Below are positions 61,636 through 64,000 of a stretch of DNA of 64,000 bases, one piece after another (within the stretch, counting starts at the first letter, position 1; every line of letters begins with the position of its first letter). Origin of the DNA: Thermofilaceae archaeon (GTDB lineage Archaea; Thermoproteota; Thermoprotei; Thermofilales; Thermofilaceae). The stretch covers positions 24,801 through 88,800 of the forward strand of contig JANXEW010000004.1 of the NCBI GenBank assembly GCA_025057995.1, in the 5' to 3' direction. A program made the position numbers and the translations under genes. The notes beneath the pieces were generated by a model that saw only the letters and a program-made list of their open reading frames with translations, was not told where the DNA came from and ran no database searches.

Positions 61636-64000
61636 TTAGGGTTTTGAAATCTCATACCATATCGTCCTGTACTCTGGTCCTATCTCGAACACCGTCCACT
61701 CGCCTTCCACGCGTGTCGCAACTTTCTTCATTCTCTTGCCAGTATTGTCGAGCGCCCAAACTTCACAACCTCCTTGAGCTTTGATTCGCACGCGGGCTTT
61801 CACACCTTCTACGACTGTAGGAGAGGACCCCCAACTGCCCGCTGAAGTGACAGCTCCGTTAAACCGTTCGAACTCTAAGGTGTAACCTTCTTTAGTCTCC
61901 TGAACCTTTGAAACCACCATCCCTGTATCGTACCTTCTTACCACCATGTTCCTGTTGGCTGTGTAGCCGAGTGCTATGAAGAGCATCCTATTTGAAGAGT
62001 CTAATGGTCTGTCGTCTACTGAGGTTAACCCTAACACACTGAAACCGTTTAAGAGCGAGTTCCCTGGCTCTACTACAACGCTACCAAAGTCGAAAGTCCT
62101 ATTGGCTCCAAAGCCCACTATGGCTACAGTTTTTGAAGAATTTATCATAATCACGCACCTACCTTTAATACTACAATCCCATATAACGTGGCCGTTATCA
62201 GACCTGTAAACGGGCCCCTTTTCCTCCACCTCAGCTTTCTTAACTGTTTCCTCACCGAGTTGAAGAGCAAACCTGTGTATAAGAGGTGTCACAGGATTCC
62301 ATCCGAGGTGATTGGCACCGGGCAGGTTCCACGCGCTAAGCTTACCGCGGACGAGTAAGTCGAGCTCAACTTCGCGATTTATCGTTAAAGTGACGAGCTT
62401 AGAAGCGGGTTGAACGTCACCCCTCAGGTATATCGCGTGGGCTAGTAGGAGTGAAGCCATCTTAGCAGGGTGTTGGTCTACGTCAAAATACCCCCTAATC
62501 CTTCTCGCGTCCCTCGGGGATCCACCGTAGTCGAAAGCGTAGATACCGTCCCAATCCTGTAGCGCAGCGTAAGCTGATAAAATAAGATACGTCTCAGCGT
62601 CATAAACGTTGGGGGCGGGGTGGTTGTACTCCGTCACCGTGAAAGGCTTCCCTAAAACTCTTCTAGAGGCGAGCCACGTTATCGTATTTTCTCTAGGTTG
62701 GTTGACCATGGGTTCATTTACCACATACCAGTTTTGAGGGTCCCAGGGCGTGCCGGGGAATATCGGGTGCTGCCAGTAGGCATGAGTGTCAACTGCGTCG
62801 AGCTCGGACATTATAACGGGAGTGCTACAGCCGGCTATGGTCCCTATGATTAACGCCTTAACTCCCAAGCTCCTCAAGTAATCGTACATTTCTACGAAGT
62901 AACTTCTCTCAGTCTCCCAGAGAAACTCCGACCAGTCCTTCCTAGCCTCTAAGGGTCTACCGAAAAAGTCTTTGGGAGATAAGATCCTTACGGTACCAGC
63001 TTCAAGGCTTTCATCTTCATTTAAACCCGCGCCCTGAAAGCGTCTCATTGTAAAGTTAGCGAAATAATATATGGTCTCTAAAGCTCCTAGATTTGAAATA
63101 TCAAGCCTAGCGTTTTCATCAGATGCTGTGACTCCCAATACAACCTCGTATGTGTTCCATTCAGGTGTTAGCTTGATCGATACAACTTGTGAGATAGCGT
63201 GCCAGGGGTCGTGGGCTTGACGCAAGCAGACGGTAACCCAGGCCTCAGAGTCCGCTTTCGCCATGAAACGTACAAGGTAGGTTTCCTCCTCCGCGACTTT
63301 TAACTGCGGGTAGTTGAACTGGACGTGCCAGCCGGCACCCCCTTTCCTTATGACCCGTATCCTTAAAACCTTCATACCATTCACTTCAATTATGTCATGG
63401 CTCGACTGAGCCGTGCTATGCCTCTCTACGACCCAGCCAGTTAAACCACGCTCGAACCTCGGGTTGGCTAAAACTTCCTCCCCCAGCCGGGTCTCTCCCC
63501 CCCAAGCTTGGACAAGTTTCTCTGTGCTACCGTACTTCGTCTTGAGCCAGCGGTTCCACTTCTCAGCTAGACGTTGTCTAAATGTCTCAGGTAGCCTATC
63601 TATTACCCCGTCGAGCCAGGAGTGTATCAAACCTTGCTCGTTAACGATTTCAACGAAAGCCACCGCAGGCTCCTCCGCGTAACTTGTATTCGTATATGGG
63701 TTCCTATGAGTTAAGAGTTGTCTCGCGTACTCTTTGTGGAGCTCTTTTACCTCGTCGTCGAAAAAGCCAAGCACCTGCTGGTCCTTCCAGTCTACTCTCT
63801 CGATCTCGACGGGCAAGTTGTCAGCAGAGGTAAGCCTTCTCGAAACAAGAAGGTTGAGGTTCACGTAGATCCCGTTCTCCTTGAGTTTTGCTATTAGGTA
63901 ATCTAACCTGTCTAGCGCGGCTGGGTTGAGGCGTCTTGTGCCTGGCTGTTGGAAGATGTTGAAGCTCTCCCAAGCCGCGTCCATGTGGTGGAAACGGACG
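61636..64000 (-). CDS. clan GH-A (GH5-like) glycoside hydrolase with an inserted CBM4/9-like module and C-terminal beta-sandwich domains (probably 5' partial)
   Basis: VAFVEIVNEQG is a candidate acid/base NE motif and FTVTEYNHP a candidate nucleophile. The insert ANPRFERGLTGWVVE...GWHVQFNYPQLKV resembles CBM4/9. The frame stays open from the ATG at 63984 to the window end. Confidence 0.6.
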   Translation of the reverse strand, partial: VRFHHMDAAWESFNIFQQPGTRRLNPAALDRLDYLIAKLKENGIYVNLNLLVSRRLTSADNLPVEIERVDWKDQQVLGFFDDEVKELHKEYARQLLTHRNPYTNTSYAEEPAVAFVEIVNEQGLIHSWLDGVIDRLPETFRQRLAEKWNRWLKTKYGSTEKLVQAWGGETRLGEEVLANPRFERGLTGWVVERHSTAQSSHDIIEVNGMKVLRIRVIRKGGAGWHVQFNYPQLKVAEEETYLVRFMAKADSEAWVTVCLRQAHDPWHAISQVVSIKLTPEWNTYEVVLGVTASDENARLDISNLGALETIYYFANFTMRRFQGAGLNEDESLEAGTVRILSPKDFFGRPLEARKDWSEFLWETERSYFVEMYDYLRSLGVKALIIGTIAGCSTPVIMSELDAVDTHAYWQHPIFPGTPWDPQNWYVVNEPMVNQPRENTITWLASRRVLGKPFTVTEYNHPAPNVYDAETYLILSAYAALQDWDGIYAFDYGGSPRDARRIRGYFDVDQHPAKMASLLLAHAIYLRGDVQPASKLVTLTINREVELDLLVRGKLSAWNLPGANHLGWNPVTPLIHRFALQLGEETVKKAEVEEKGPVYRSDNGHVIWDCSIKGRCVIMINSSKTVAIVGFGANRTFDFGSVVVEPGNSLLNGFSVLGLTSVDDRPLDSSNRMLFIALGYTANRNMVVRRYDTGMVVSKVQETKEGYTLEFERFNGAVTSAGSWGSSPTVVEGVKARVRIKAQGGCEVWALDNTGKRMKKVATRVEGEWTVFEIGPEYRTIWYEISKP

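Noticed and set aside
1-64000. CRISPR arrays, rRNA genes, and further colinear tRNA genes
   Set aside because: No regularly spaced direct repeats and no rRNA-like conserved blocks were seen. GGTTCGAATCC-type T-arm motifs were looked for in the intergenic gaps and found only at the permuted locus. An eye scan may miss split tRNA halves.

Overview
Dense (about 90% coding) chromosomal segment from an archaeon. By inference it is a hyperthermophilic crenarchaeon of the Thermoproteales/Thermofilaceae type. The grounds are frequent GTG/TTG starts, AT-rich TATA-like boxes 25-35 nt upstream of start codons, bulge-helix-bulge (BHB) RNA processing signals, and the gene content. I call about 58 protein genes. 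Many are saccharolytic or glycan-processing: GH3 with a PA14 insert, GH20-like, GH4, a GH99-like enzyme, a DUF4091-type enzyme, a clan GH-A enzyme with a CBM-like insert, a ChbG/YdjC deacetylase, a glycosylasparaginase-like Ntn hydrolase, ThuA, a Gfo/Idh/MocA oxidoreductase, and two xylose-isomerase-like TIM barrels. There are also three MFS transporters, ZIP and UPF0016 metal transporters, an ABC system with no adjacent binding-protein gene, and housekeeping or repair genes (RNase HI, an HhH-GPD glycosylase, an AdoMetDC-fold enzyme, acylphosphatase). The ORF track does not show the strongest signal. At 50537..50680 (- strand) lies a circularly permuted initiator tRNA-Met gene. Its 3' half sits upstream of its 5' half, the two are closed by a textbook BHB, and a second non-canonical 31-nt intron interrupts the variable loop. 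Other notable items: a translationally coupled LuxE-like/LuxC-like/SDR operon; a 4xCBS protein whose C-terminus looks like a bacterial HPF/RaiA ribosome-hibernation domain; an NreA repair gene split by a frameshift at a C5 homopolymer; two SlaB-like coiled-coil membrane proteins with polyproline tails; an ankyrin-repeat protein with duplicated Cys4 modules; a glycosylase with a duplicated Fe-S-loop motif; and four ORF-free gaps of 0.5-0.85 kb. No CRISPR array, rRNA, or recognisable transposase was seen. All family calls rest on motifs read by eye. No database search was run.
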